Below, one piece after another: positions 28,524-38,369 of a stretch of 64,000 nt of DNA. The stretch is from Acidobacteriota bacterium. Its GTDB lineage: Bacteria; Acidobacteriota; Vicinamibacteria; Vicinamibacterales; UBA2999. Made by a program: the position numbers and the translations under genes. Under the pieces are notes generated by a model, which saw only the letters and a list, made by a program, of their open reading frames with translations, searched no databases and was not told the origin of the DNA. Each line of letters starts with the position of its first letter. Positions within the stretch are counted from its first letter, which is position 1. The stretch lies in contig CANNDT010000004.1 in the NCBI GenBank assembly GCA_947503365.1, positions 14,375-78,374 of the forward strand, in the 5' to 3' direction.

Positions 28524-29927
28524 TCACCCGTGGTGCTCCGTCTTCAGCTTGGCTTCCGGCGTGATCGTGCGCATTTCGAACATCGCCAGCGCCGGCAGGA
28601 AGCGGACGAAGAGGAAGAACAGCGACAGGAACAGACCGATCGTTCCCGCGAACATCGCGAAGTCCCAGCGCGTCGGGCTGTACATGTCCCATGACGAGGG
28701 CAGGAAGTCGCGGTGGAGGCTGGTGACGATGATGATGAAGCGCTCGAGCCACATCCCGACGTTCACCAGCAGCGACAATACGAACAGCAGCGCGATGTTG
28801 TCGCGGACCTTGCGGAACCAGAACAGCTGGATCATCCCCGCGTTGATGGCGATGAGCGACCAGTAGAACGGCGCGTATGGTCCGCCCATCCGGTTGTTCA
28901 TCATGTACTGCTCGTAGATGTTGGAGCTGTACCAGGCGAAGAACACTTCGTTGGCGTAGCCGTAGGCGACGATCATCCCCGTCACCAGCATGACCTTCGT
29001 CATGTTGTGGATGTGGCGCATCGTGATGAAGCCGTCGAGGTTGTAGAACTTCCGCAGCGGGATCGCCAGTGTCATCACCATCGCGAAGCCGGAGTAGATC
29101 GCACCGGCAACGAAGTACGGCGGGAAAATCGTCGCGTGCCACCCGGGCAGCACCGAGACCGCGAAGTCGAAGCTGACGACCGAGTGGACCGAGAGCACCA
29201 GCGGCGTCGAGATACCGGCGAGCAGCAAATAGGCCATCTCGTAGCGGTGCCAGTGACGCGCCGACCCACGCCAGCCGAGCGCCAGCATGCCGAAGATCAC
29301 CTTGGAGGTCCGTGACGTCGCGCGGTCGCGCAGCGTCGCCATGTCCGGCACGAGGCCGGTGAACCAGAACAGCGCCGACACCGTGCCGTAGGTCGACACG
29401 GCGAACACGTCCCAGATCAGCGGACTGCGGAACTGCGGCCAGAGCCCCATCGTGTTGGGGTACGGGAACAGCCAGTAGATCGCCAGCCAGGGCCGCCCGG
29501 TGTGGAGCAGGGGAAACATCGCCGCGCAGGCCACCGCGAACAGCGTCATCGCTTCCGCGAAGCGGTTGATTGACGTGCGCCACTGCTGCCGGAAGAGCAG
29601 CAAAATTGCCGAGATCAGCGTGCCGGCGTGGCCGATGCCGATCCACCAGACGAAGTTGATAATGTCGAACGCCCAGCCGACCGGGACGTTGTTGCCCCAG
29701 ATGCCGATACCCTCCAGCAGGAGCTTGCCGATCGTCACGTTGAGGAGCATCAGCAGCAGGAACGCGATGGCAAAGCCGAAGAACCAGCCAATCGGCGTCC
29801 GCTTCGTGAGGACGATGTGGCTGATCGAGTCGGTGACCGACTCGAACGAGTGCCCGGGCTCGATGACCGCGGGCGTGCGCGCACGCAGCGCCGTCAGCGC
29901 GGCGGCGTCGCTCGTCGGTTCAGCCAT
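28524..29927 (-). CDS. actC: alternative complex III subunit ActC (NrfD/PsrC-like quinol-interacting membrane subunit)
   Basis: 467 aa, about 10 TM helices, NrfD-like. Confidence 0.9.
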   Translation of the reverse strand: MAEPTSDAAALTALRARTPAVIEPGHSFESVTDSISHIVLTKRTPIGWFFGFAIAFLLLMLLNVTIGKLLLEGIGIWGNNVPVGWAFDIINFVWWIGIGHAGTLISAILLLFRQQWRTSINRFAEAMTLFAVACAAMFPLLHTGRPWLAIYWLFPYPNTMGLWPQFRSPLIWDVFAVSTYGTVSALFWFTGLVPDMATLRDRATSRTSKVIFGMLALGWRGSARHWHRYEMAYLLLAGISTPLVLSVHSVVSFDFAVSVLPGWHATIFPPYFVAGAIYSGFAMVMTLAIPLRKFYNLDGFITMRHIHNMTKVMLVTGMIVAYGYANEVFFAWYSSNIYEQYMMNNRMGGPYAPFYWSLIAINAGMIQLFWFRKVRDNIALLFVLSLLVNVGMWLERFIIIVTSLHRDFLPSSWDMYSPTRWDFAMFAGTIGLFLSLFFLFVRFLPALAMFEMRTITPEAKLKTEHHG

Positions 29928-32900
29928 CAGCCTTCACTCCCCGCCGGCGCGGCGCCGGACGGCTCGAGCTCGGTGTTCGGGTTCCGCACCACGGCCATGT
30001 ACGTCGTTCGCGGCCGCGTGTTCAGCTCCTCGAGCAGACCGTAGTTGAGCGGGCTCTTCTTCAGCTGCGCCACCTTGCTGTTCGGATCGTTGATGTTGCC
30101 GAACACGATCGCCTCGGTCGGGCACGCCGACTGGCAGGCGGTGACCACTTCGCCGTCGCGGATCTCGCGATCCTCGAGCTTGGCGGTGACGCGCGCCTGG
30201 TTGATACGCTGCACGCAGTAGGTGCACTTCTCCATCACGCCGCGGCTGCGGATGGTCACGTCCGGGTTGCGCTGCAGCTGCAGGCTCGGCGTGTCGAAGT
30301 CCGAGTAGAGCAGGAAGTTGAAGCGGCGGACCTTGTACGGGCAATTGTTCGAGCAGTAGCGGGTGCCGACACAGCGGTTGTAGGTCATGTCGTTCAGACC
30401 TTCGTCGCTGTGCGTCGTCGCCGCCACGGGGCAGACCACCTCGCACGGCGCCTCCTCGCACTGCTGGCAGAGCATCGGCTGGTGGTAGGTCTCCGGGTTC
30501 TCGATATCGCCGGTGTAGTAGCGGTCAATGCGGAGCCAGTGCATCTCGCGGCCGTTGAGCACCTGCGCCTTGCCGACGACCGGGATGTTGTTCTCGGCGT
30601 GACACGCCACGACGCAGGCGTTGCAGCCGGTGCAGACGTTCTGATCGATTGCCATGCCCCACGCGTACCCTTCGTACTTGTGCGGCTTGTACATGTTGAA
30701 GGTGGGCGGGATCTCTTCCGCCATCTTGTGTGCGAACTCGTGATCGGCTTCGAACTGCGTGGTCGTGCCGACGCGAATCAGGTTGCGCCCTTCGAGCGAC
30801 CAATGATCCTGCGTGCAGGCGAGCTCGTAGGTGTCGCCGGTCTTGGACAGCTCGACACCGGTCAGAATGTCTGGCGCCGTAGAGGTTCGCAAGGGGTTGA
30901 CGTTGAAGCCCAGGCCGTTGCCGACACGTCCGGCACGGCTCCGTCCGTAGCCCAGGTGCAGCGTCAGGGTGTCGGGACCATGTCCCGGCGCCAGCCAGAC
31001 GGGAATCCGCACCGACCGGTCACCCTGCTTCAACTCGACAATGTCACCGCTGACCAGATTGAGACGGAGGGCGGTCGCCGGCGAGATCAGCGCCGCGTTG
31101 TCCCATGTCAGCTTGGTCAGTGAATTGGGCAGTTCCTGGAGCCAGGCGTTGTTGGCGAAACGGCCGTCGTAAATGCTCGGGTCAGGACGGAAGGCAACTT
31201 CGAGCGTCTGGCCACCCTGGGCCACCGGACTGGCGGCCGGAATGGCGGCCTGCAACGACACCGTCCGTGCAGCGAACGCCGTGTCGGGGATCAGGCCGTC
31301 GTGCAGCCACTTGCGCCACGCCGCGTCGAACGGCGACTTTGCCGCCGCGGGCGTAAAGGTGGCCGGCGTGTTGTTCACCGGAGCCGCGGCGCCGTTTGCG
31401 CTTGCCGGCGGCAGTGCCTGCGGCACGGCTGAGGCCGTCGGGGCAAGTGGGGCCGCGACCGGCGCGACGACCGCGGTCGTGTTCCGCGCCGGCGTCGGAC
31501 TCTGCGTCGAGAGGGTCGTCTGCGCCGCCCAGTACGCGCGCACCAGGTCGAAGCCCGAACGCTCGCCGTTGGGCCCGATGGCCGAGATCACTTCGTGCAC
31601 CGACTTCCCGCCGTAGAGCGGCGCGATCATCGGCTGGACGATCGTCGCGGTGCCGTCGTTGGAGCGGACGTCGCTCCAGGTCTCGAGGAAGTGCGCTTCC
31701 GGGATATGCCAGTGGCACCGTGCCGCGGTTTCATCCTCGTAGAGACCGAGGTGCGCGCGCAGGCCGACTTTGTCCATCGCCGTCGTGAAGTTCAGGTCGG
31801 CCGGCGAGGAGTAGACCGGGTTGGCGCCCAGGATCAGCAGGAAGTCCACCGTGCCGGCGTTCATTTCGCCGACCAGGTCGCGGAGGGCGGCCAGCTGGTT
31901 GCTCGGCTGCGCTTCGGCCGTCGTTGTGTAGGTCACGGTCGCCCCGATATTGCCAAGCACATCGTTCATCGCGTGCGCGAGCACGTGAACCACCGCGGGC
32001 TGACCGTCGCCGGCGATGACGAGGCTCTTCCCTCGCGTGGCCTGCAGGTCCTTGACGAGCGGGGCGATCCAGCGCGTGGCGGCGTCCGACACCGTCGCGG
32101 CACTTGCGCCGGCGACGCCGAGCTGCGCCGCAACGGCGCGGGCGAAGGTCTCGATCTCGGAGGCACGCAGGGGCAGATGGTGATCGGCCTTGGTGCCGGT
32201 ATTGGTCGGCGTGCTCTCGACCGCGTAGAGACGGCACGTCTGGCCGCGCTCCCCTTCGATCCGCCGGCGCGAGGCGAAGGCGCGCGCGTGCTTCAGGCCG
32301 GCTGCACCCTGGCAGAGGAACTCGGCGTCCAGGGACAGGATGACGTCCGCCTTGTCGATGGCGTACTGGGCATCGACGTATTCGCCGAACGCGAGACGAC
32401 TCCCTTCGCGGGCGTTGTGCCGGCCGAGCGGCTCCCACTGCACCCACTTGGCCTGCGGGTAGGCGGCGAGGAGCTCCTGGATCTGGGCCTCCAGCGTCGG
32501 CGAGGCGACCGTCTCGGTGAGGATGCGGAGTCCGCTCCCCTGCTTGGCCTGCTGCGCCGTCATGATCGGGCGCACCGCGGTGGCGAACGCGCTGAACGGT
32601 CTGATCTCGCCGAGGTTGGACAGCGTCTGCGAGCGATCGGGATCGTAGAGGCCGAGGATCGCCGCCTGCGCGAAGAGGTCCGTCGCGCCGCGGCTCGACG
32701 GATGATCCGGATTACCTTCGATCTTCGTCGGGCGCCCTTCGTGGGTCTCGACCAGCAGCCCCATGCCGGCGCCGTTCATCGTCATCGCCGTCGCATAGAA
32801 CAGCGGCTTCCCCGGGACGAGCTCCTCCGGCTGCCGCACGTACGGGACGAGCTCCTCGTTCGGCTGGCGCGTGCAGGCGCTGACGCCGGCGAGCGCGAGC

Positions 32901-33118
32901 GACGCACCCATCAACTTCAGGAAACCACGGCGCCCGACCGGATCGAGCCACTCGGATGCGTTCCGCGGGAATTCGCGGTGGAGGAACTCCTTGAATTCCG
33001 TCGTCTCGGCGATCGCTTCGAGGCTGCGCCAGTACTCGCGCCCGCGGGTGCCTTCGAGCCTAGCGCGGAGCGCCTCGATGTCGGTCAGTTCGTTCATGGG
33101 CGGTGTCATCGGTGGCAC
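29927..33118 (-). CDS. actB: alternative complex III subunit ActB (molybdopterin-oxidoreductase-like domain fused to a 4Fe-4S ferredoxin domain), Tat-exported
   Basis: 1063 aa. Tat signal RRGFLKLMGASLALAGVSAC; Cys clusters CTGCNACVVAC, CQQCEEAPCEVVCP, CVGTRYCSNNCP and CQSACP. Confidence 0.9.
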   Translation of the reverse strand: MPPMTPPMNELTDIEALRARLEGTRGREYWRSLEAIAETTEFKEFLHREFPRNASEWLDPVGRRGFLKLMGASLALAGVSACTRQPNEELVPYVRQPEELVPGKPLFYATAMTMNGAGMGLLVETHEGRPTKIEGNPDHPSSRGATDLFAQAAILGLYDPDRSQTLSNLGEIRPFSAFATAVRPIMTAQQAKQGSGLRILTETVASPTLEAQIQELLAAYPQAKWVQWEPLGRHNAREGSRLAFGEYVDAQYAIDKADVILSLDAEFLCQGAAGLKHARAFASRRRIEGERGQTCRLYAVESTPTNTGTKADHHLPLRASEIETFARAVAAQLGVAGASAATVSDAATRWIAPLVKDLQATRGKSLVIAGDGQPAVVHVLAHAMNDVLGNIGATVTYTTTAEAQPSNQLAALRDLVGEMNAGTVDFLLILGANPVYSSPADLNFTTAMDKVGLRAHLGLYEDETAARCHWHIPEAHFLETWSDVRSNDGTATIVQPMIAPLYGGKSVHEVISAIGPNGERSGFDLVRAYWAAQTTLSTQSPTPARNTTAVVAPVAAPLAPTASAVPQALPPASANGAAAPVNNTPATFTPAAAKSPFDAAWRKWLHDGLIPDTAFAARTVSLQAAIPAASPVAQGGQTLEVAFRPDPSIYDGRFANNAWLQELPNSLTKLTWDNAALISPATALRLNLVSGDIVELKQGDRSVRIPVWLAPGHGPDTLTLHLGYGRSRAGRVGNGLGFNVNPLRTSTAPDILTGVELSKTGDTYELACTQDHWSLEGRNLIRVGTTTQFEADHEFAHKMAEEIPPTFNMYKPHKYEGYAWGMAIDQNVCTGCNACVVACHAENNIPVVGKAQVLNGREMHWLRIDRYYTGDIENPETYHQPMLCQQCEEAPCEVVCPVAATTHSDEGLNDMTYNRCVGTRYCSNNCPYKVRRFNFLLYSDFDTPSLQLQRNPDVTIRSRGVMEKCTYCVQRINQARVTAKLEDREIRDGEVVTACQSACPTEAIVFGNINDPNSKVAQLKKSPLNYGLLEELNTRPRTTYMAVVRNPNTELEPSGAAPAGSEG

Positions 33119-33756
33119 GTCGAGCAGCTGGTGAGCGACTTGATGCCGTATTCCTGCACGAGCTGCGGCCCGAGTTCCGCCTGTGGAACCGGCGGACGAT
33201 AGCCCATCGTCGTGATCTCACTGCGCGGGCGGACGTATTTCTCCGGTGCCCGGTGGCAGTCGAGACACCACTCCATCTGCAGCGAACTCTGCTGCAGCAT
33301 CAGAGGCATCTGATCGACGCGGCCGTGGCAGGTCTCACACCCCATCCCCTTCTTCACGTGGATGCTGTGATTGAAATAGACGAAGTCCGGCAGGTCGTGC
33401 ACGCGGACCCAGCGGAGCGGGGTGTCGTTGCGGAAGCTCGCCCGCACCGGCTCGAGAATCGGCGCGGTGTTGAAGATCTGCGAGTGGCAGTTCATGCAGG
33501 TCTTGGTCGGCGGAATCCCGGCGAATGCCGACGTCTCGACCGACGTGTGGCAGTACCTGCAATCGATACCGTCGTCCAGCACGTGATGCCGGTGGCTGAA
33601 CTGAATCGGTTGCTGGATGATTTCCTGCTGCCGCGTCGCGTACGACGAGCGGCCGAGCACCATGACGAGCAGGAGCAGGCTCCCGACCAGGGCCAGCGCG
33701 CCAAACAGGCTGACCTTCGAGAGGGTGTTGGCGCTGCGTTGGAATATCTGCGACAT
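33106..33756 (-). CDS. actA: alternative complex III subunit ActA (pentaheme cytochrome c)
   Basis: Five CxxCH sites: CRYCH, CMNCH, CETCH, CLDCH, CSTCH. N-terminal membrane anchor. Confidence 0.9.
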   Translation of the reverse strand: MSQIFQRSANTLSKVSLFGALALVGSLLLLVMVLGRSSYATRQQEIIQQPIQFSHRHHVLDDGIDCRYCHTSVETSAFAGIPPTKTCMNCHSQIFNTAPILEPVRASFRNDTPLRWVRVHDLPDFVYFNHSIHVKKGMGCETCHGRVDQMPLMLQQSSLQMEWCLDCHRAPEKYVRPRSEITTMGYRPPVPQAELGPQLVQEYGIKSLTSCSTCHR

Positions 33757-34051
33757 CAGATTGAAAGCCCGCGTGTCCGAACAGGCATCCGCCTACACTG
33801 GGCGTGCAGAAAGAGGCTGCGTGTCGAACCGTTTGTATTTCGAGTGACCGCGATTGAGTTCTACCACGTTGTGAAAAAAGGATCAAACTGGCAGCGTCGC
33901 GGAATCGCCCATGAAACAGGCCGATTTTATGCGACCACCGGGGGGCGGTGTGGAGATTCTTTTTGGCGTGTTTCGCGTGCTGGAACAGGCCGGTCGTCTG
34001 GATGGATGAGTTGGTTAGCTCCCGGGGCAATGTTGGTTAGAATGCCAGCCA

Positions 34052-34501
34052 ATGAGTGACCGTAAGTACCGCGTGCGCGGCTATCAGGATGATGACCGGG
34101 ACCGGCAGCCAAAAGGGCCGGCGCGGCCGGCGCCTGAGCCGGGCGCTCCAGCTGGAGCCCGGCGGATTTCGGGCCAGGACGGGCCGAAAGCGCTGAACAT
34201 GCCCGGCTTCCGCCAGGTCATCAAGTGCACGCAGTGCGGGAACGGTGTGGCAACAGAGATCGTGGCGGACAGCCGGTGCCCGCGTTGCGGGACCGACATG
34301 CACGCCTGCGCTCAGTGCGGATCGTTTGACCCCGGCAGCCGGTTGGAGTGCATGCAGACGACGCTGACGGTCAGAATTTCCCCAAAAAACACCCGGAATG
34401 CCTGCACGCTCTTTGAGCCGCGGGTGACGGTGGAGCGGGAAACCACCGCTCCACGGGCCAACGACGCCCGCACCGCATTCGACGATCTCTTCAATTTCTA
34501 G
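34052..34501 (+). CDS. hypothetical zinc-ribbon protein
   Basis: 149 aa with a basic/acidic N-terminus followed by CTQC-N13-CPRC-N5-CAQC. No named family recognised. Confidence 0.6.
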   Translation: MSDRKYRVRGYQDDDRDRQPKGPARPAPEPGAPAGARRISGQDGPKALNMPGFRQVIKCTQCGNGVATEIVADSRCPRCGTDMHACAQCGSFDPGSRLECMQTTLTVRISPKNTRNACTLFEPRVTVERETTAPRANDARTAFDDLFNF

Positions 34502-34505
34502 GCAA

Positions 34506-35168
34506 ATGGCACTCCTGTCCGAGGAGGACCGCCAGACGGTCCGGGGGCGCCTGTCCACCCTGACCGCGCCGGTCACCCTGCTCTTCTTCACCCAGACCAT
34601 CGGCGCCCCGGAGACCGCCCTGGTCGCCCGGCAGATCCTCGACGAGCTCGTCTCCCTGAGCGACCGGTTGTCGCTGGAAGAAGTGAATGTCGTCCTCGAA
34701 AAGGAACGGGCGGCCGCGTTCGGCATCTCGGGGATTCCGGCCGTGGCGGTGCTGCGGGACGGGACTGATACGCGAATCCGGTTTCTTGGCGCCCCGGCGG
34801 GCTACGAGTTCATGTCACTGGTCGAAGCCGTGATTCTGGCCGGCACCGGAGATTCGGGACTGTCAGAGGAAAGCCGCCAGTTGATCGCCGAACACGTGAC
34901 CGGTCCGCTCGACATCAAGGTCTTCGTGACGCCGACCTGCCCCCACTGCCCCAGGGCCGTGACCCTCGCGCACAAGATGGCGATCGAGAACGCGAACATC
35001 ACCGCCACCTGCGTCGAAGCGACCGAGTTCCTCGACCTGTCCAGACAGTACCGGGTGACCGGCGTCCCGAAGACGATCGTCAACGGCACGATCGAAATCC
35101 TCGGCGCCGTGCCGGAAGACACCTTCGTGCGGACCGTGGTGATGCCCGAGGGATCGCAGACCGAGTAG
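34506..35168 (+). CDS. thioredoxin-fold protein disulfide oxidoreductase (glutaredoxin-like, two-domain PDO type)
   Basis: 220 aa. The C-terminal unit carries FVTPTCPHCPRAV; the N-terminal unit lacks CxxC. Confidence 0.75.
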   Translation: MALLSEEDRQTVRGRLSTLTAPVTLLFFTQTIGAPETALVARQILDELVSLSDRLSLEEVNVVLEKERAAAFGISGIPAVAVLRDGTDTRIRFLGAPAGYEFMSLVEAVILAGTGDSGLSEESRQLIAEHVTGPLDIKVFVTPTCPHCPRAVTLAHKMAIENANITATCVEATEFLDLSRQYRVTGVPKTIVNGTIEILGAVPEDTFVRTVVMPEGSQTE

Positions 35169-35173
35169 CGATT

Positions 35174-35240
35174 CGAGGGAGAGGGATTCGAAACGTCGTC
35201 CGTCGAACGCCTTGGCACGCGCCAACTCGGACCTCTCTCC
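35174..35240 (-). pseudogene. decayed tRNA-Ser-like relic (both ends retained, middle missing)
   Basis: The minus strand reads GGAGAGAGGTCCGAGTTGG...GTTTCGAATCCCTCTCCCTCG. The 5' part matches tRNA-Ser(UGA) GGAGAGATGGCCGAGTGG at 14 of 16 positions. The 3' part shares the 14-mer TTCGAATCCCTCTC. It is about 63 nt long and the acceptor and T stems no longer pair. Confidence 0.45.
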
Positions 35241-35258
35241 GATTGAGTGGACGTCACG

Positions 35259-35990
35259 TCATCGGAACAGGAACAGGGCGGAAATCGTTGCGAGCCCCAG
35301 CGTCACGACCTCGAACACGCGCTGCGACATCCGGCGCAGCAGACCGAACCCGGCAAGGGCGCCGACAACAACCAGTGGGGCCATGAGCGCGTCGTAGGTC
35401 ATGGACGCGCGGCTCAGCAGGCCATTGACGGCGTAGATCGGCAGCTTGGCGATGTTGACCACGAGAAAAAACCAGGCGCCGGTCGCGACGAGTTTCTCCT
35501 TCGGCATCCGCTTCAGCAGAAGGTAGCTGGCCATGACCGGCCCAGCCGCATTCGCAATTGTGGTGGCGAATCCGGCGACGACCCCGTACACGGAGGCCGG
35601 CCCATGCCGAACGGCGGAGGGACGCCGGCGCTGCAGAACGGTGAGTACGACCATTGTCAGAACGATGACGCCGAGCACCCGTCGCAGCACGCTGTCGTCC
35701 ATCCGCAGTGCCACGCCGCCGAGCAGCATGCCGGCCGCGACCCAGGGCACGAGCGACAGCAGTTCGCGCGCCTCGGCGTGGCGGCGCCAGTACCAGACCG
35801 CAAACACGTCGCCGACGATGAGCAGCGGGGCCGTCCAGGCGGCGGAGTAGCGCGAATCGCCGACGGTGAAGACCATCAACGGCACCGTGAGCGCGGCAAG
35901 GCCGGGCGCGCCGGTCTTGGCCACGCCGATCATCAGTGCGCACGCGGCGCCGAGTGCCCACTGCCAGGGTTCTAGGGAGGGTAACGTCAC
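35259..35990 (-). CDS. sulfite exporter TauE/SafE family membrane protein
   Basis: 243 aa, about 7-8 TM helices, with the internal duplication typical of DUF81/TauE. Confidence 0.85.
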   Translation of the reverse strand: MTLPSLEPWQWALGAACALMIGVAKTGAPGLAALTVPLMVFTVGDSRYSAAWTAPLLIVGDVFAVWYWRRHAEARELLSLVPWVAAGMLLGGVALRMDDSVLRRVLGVIVLTMVVLTVLQRRRPSAVRHGPASVYGVVAGFATTIANAAGPVMASYLLLKRMPKEKLVATGAWFFLVVNIAKLPIYAVNGLLSRASMTYDALMAPLVVVGALAGFGLLRRMSQRVFEVVTLGLATISALFLFR

Positions 35991-36018
35991 CGTCTAATGT
36001 TGCACAGCGGAGCAAAAA

Positions 36019-36108
36019 TGGCGGAGAGAGAGGGATTCGAACCCCCGGGCCCCTTTCAGAGCCAACGGTTTTCAAGACCGCCGCCTTAAACCACTCGGCC
36101 ATCTCTCC
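36019..36108 (-). tRNA. tRNA-Ser (anticodon UGA), long variable arm, encoded CCA
   Basis: Acceptor GGAGAGA/TCTCTCC; anticodon stem GCGGT/ACCGT with loop CTTGAAA; T-arm GGGGG-TTCGAAT-CCCTC. Confidence 0.9.
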
Positions 36109-36148
36109 CAGGCACGAAGCACCAGGCACCAGGCACTGGACGTGATGA

Positions 36149-37435
36149 CTATCTTCGCCGAATCACGTCCAGGCCGTCCATGAACGGCCGCAGCGCCGGC
36201 GGCACCACCACCGACCCGTCCTCCTGCTGATAGTTCTCGAGGATCGCGATGAGCGTGCGGCCGACGGCCAGGCCGGAACCGTTCAGCGTATGAGCGAACT
36301 CCGCTTTACCGGTGCCGTCGGGACGGAACTTGATGTTCGCGCGGCGCGCCTGGAAGCCCTCGGTATTGCTGCAGGACGAGATCTCGCGATACGTCTGCTG
36401 GCTCGGCAGCCATACCTCGATGTCATAGGTCTTCGCCGACGCGAAACCCATGTCACCGGTGCAGAGCAGCATGGTCCTGTAGGGCAGCTCGAGCCGCTGC
36501 AGCACTTCCTCCGCGTTCGACGTCAACCGCTCGAGCTCGTCGTACGAGCGATCGGGGGTAGTGAACGCCATCAGCTCCACCTTGTCGAACTGATGCTGCC
36601 GGATCAAGCCGCGGACGTCGGAGCCGTACGATCCGGCCTCACTCCGGAAGCAGGGTGTGTAGGCGGTGTAGCGGATCGGCAGGTGGCGGCCGTCGACGAT
36701 CTCGCCGCGGTGCATGTTCGTCAGCGGCACTTCCGCCGTCGGCACCATGTAGAGATCCCAGTCACCGGCGATCTTGAAGAGGTCCGCTTCGAACTTCGGC
36801 AGGTTCCCGGTGCCGGTCAGCGATGCGGTGTTGGCCATGAAGGGTGGTTCGACCTCGGTGTAGCCGTGCTCCTTCGTGTGGAGATCGAGCATGAAGTTGA
36901 TCAGCGCCCGCGCCAGCCGCGCCCCGGCGCCGACCAGCACCGTGAACCGCGCCCCCGCGATCTTCGTGCCCCGCTCGAAGTCGATGATGCCGAGCGCCGG
37001 TCCCAGATCCCAATGCGCCTGTGGCTGGAAGCCCAGCTCGCGCGGCGTGCCGACGCGGCGCACCTCGACGTTGTCGGCGGCGCTCTTCCCCGCCGGGACG
37101 CTTGCGTGCGGCAGGTTCGGGATGGCGAGCAACCCACGGTTGCGCCGCTGCTCCAGCGCATCGAGCTCGACGCTGAGCTGCTTGATCTGCTGGCTGCGAA
37201 GACGATTCGCCTCCTGCACTGTCCCGATCTCGAGACCCTGCCGGCGTGCGCGCGCGACCTCGTCACCGGAGGTGTTCTGTTCGCGCTTCAGCCCCTCGAC
37301 CTCCGGGAGCAGCCGGCGGCGGCGAGACTCCAGCGCCGCGAGTTCCTCGAGCTCGGCGGTCAAGTCGACGCCGCGATTGCGGAGTCCCGCGCGGACACTG
37401 TCGAGGTTGTCTCTGAGGAGGGCCGGATCGAGCAT
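36149..37435 (-). CDS. serS: serine--tRNA ligase
   Basis: Start trimmed to ATG 37435 ([22 protein letters not shown]). Class II motifs [23 protein letters not shown] and [18 protein letters not shown]. Confidence 0.9.
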   Translation of the reverse strand: MLDPALLRDNLDSVRAGLRNRGVDLTAELEELAALESRRRRLLPEVEGLKREQNTSGDEVARARRQGLEIGTVQEANRLRSQQIKQLSVELDALEQRRNRGLLAIPNLPHASVPAGKSAADNVEVRRVGTPRELGFQPQAHWDLGPALGIIDFERGTKIAGARFTVLVGAGARLARALINFMLDLHTKEHGYTEVEPPFMANTASLTGTGNLPKFEADLFKIAGDWDLYMVPTAEVPLTNMHRGEIVDGRHLPIRYTAYTPCFRSEAGSYGSDVRGLIRQHQFDKVELMAFTTPDRSYDELERLTSNAEEVLQRLELPYRTMLLCTGDMGFASAKTYDIEVWLPSQQTYREISSCSNTEGFQARRANIKFRPDGTGKAEFAHTLNGSGLAVGRTLIAILENYQQEDGSVVVPPALRPFMDGLDVIRRR

Positions 37436-37460
37436 AAGTGTTGAGTTTATCTGAGATACG

Positions 37461-38366
37461 ATGGCTGGCATGGACCGCCCGATCCGCAAGGCCGTCTTCC
37501 CCGCCGCCGGGCTCGGCACCCGGTTTCTCCCCGCCACCAAGGCCCAACCCAAGGAAATGCTGGTCCTCGTTGACAAGCCGGTCATTCAGTACGGGGTCGA
37601 GGAAGCGGTCCAGTCCGGCGTCGACAACATCGTCATCGTCACCGGGCGCGGCAAGAATGCGATCGAGGACCATTTTGATGTGGCGGTCGAGCTCGAGAGC
37701 TACCTCGAACAGCGCGGTAAGGTGGCGCAGCTCGAGGAGATCCGCAATATCTCCCGCCTGATCAACGTCTCCTACGTGCGCCAGGGCGAGCCGCTCGGCC
37801 TTGGCCACGCGGTGCTCGTCACGAAGAATCTGATCGGCGACGAACCGTTCGCGGTCGTCCTGGGAGACGACGTGATCGACGCCGATCCGCCGGCGCTGAA
37901 ACAGATGATCGACGTCTACCACCGGGTGGGCGGGCCGGTGCTGTGCGTTGAACGCGTGCCGGTTGAAGACGTCTCGAGCTACGGCATCGTCGCCATCGAT
38001 GAGTCTGAGGAGCTCGGCCGCGGCGTCTACCGCGTCAAGGATCTGGTCGAAAAGCCGAAGCGCGACGAGGCGCCGTCGAACCTGGCGATCATCGGCCGCT
38101 ACATCCTCACGCCCGATATCTTTCCGGCGCTCGAGGCGACGACCAACGACGGCGCGGGCGAGATCCAGCTCACCAACGGCCTGCGCCGTCTGTTGAAGGA
38201 CCGCCCGATTTATGCGTGTGAGGTGGATGGGGTCCGGCACGACACCGGCAACAAGCTCGGCTTTCTGAAGGCGATGGTCTACTTCGCCCTGCGGCGGCCG
38301 GATCTCTCGGAACCGTTCCGCCGCTACCTCTCGACACTCGACTTGAAGGTCGGCGCCGACGTCTAG
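37461..38366 (+). CDS. galU: UTP--glucose-1-phosphate uridylyltransferase
   Basis: [25 protein letters not shown] and the VEKP motif region (DLVEKPK). Confidence 0.9.
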   Translation: MAGMDRPIRKAVFPAAGLGTRFLPATKAQPKEMLVLVDKPVIQYGVEEAVQSGVDNIVIVTGRGKNAIEDHFDVAVELESYLEQRGKVAQLEEIRNISRLINVSYVRQGEPLGLGHAVLVTKNLIGDEPFAVVLGDDVIDADPPALKQMIDVYHRVGGPVLCVERVPVEDVSSYGIVAIDESEELGRGVYRVKDLVEKPKRDEAPSNLAIIGRYILTPDIFPALEATTNDGAGEIQLTNGLRRLLKDRPIYACEVDGVRHDTGNKLGFLKAMVYFALRRPDLSEPFRRYLSTLDLKVGADV

Positions 38367-38369
38367 GCT

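Noticed and set aside
33870-33885. TGTGA-N6-GATCA as a CRP/FNR-type site upstream of actA.
   Set aside because: The second half-site matches TCACA at only 2 of 5 positions, and the spacing does not fit the FNR site TTGAT-N4-ATCAA.
36121-36140. Short direct repeat CACCAGGCACCAGGCAC between tRNA-Ser(UGA) and serS.
   Set aside because: The repeat is two overlapping 8-mers only. It has no hairpin or known motif and is likely a slippage remnant.
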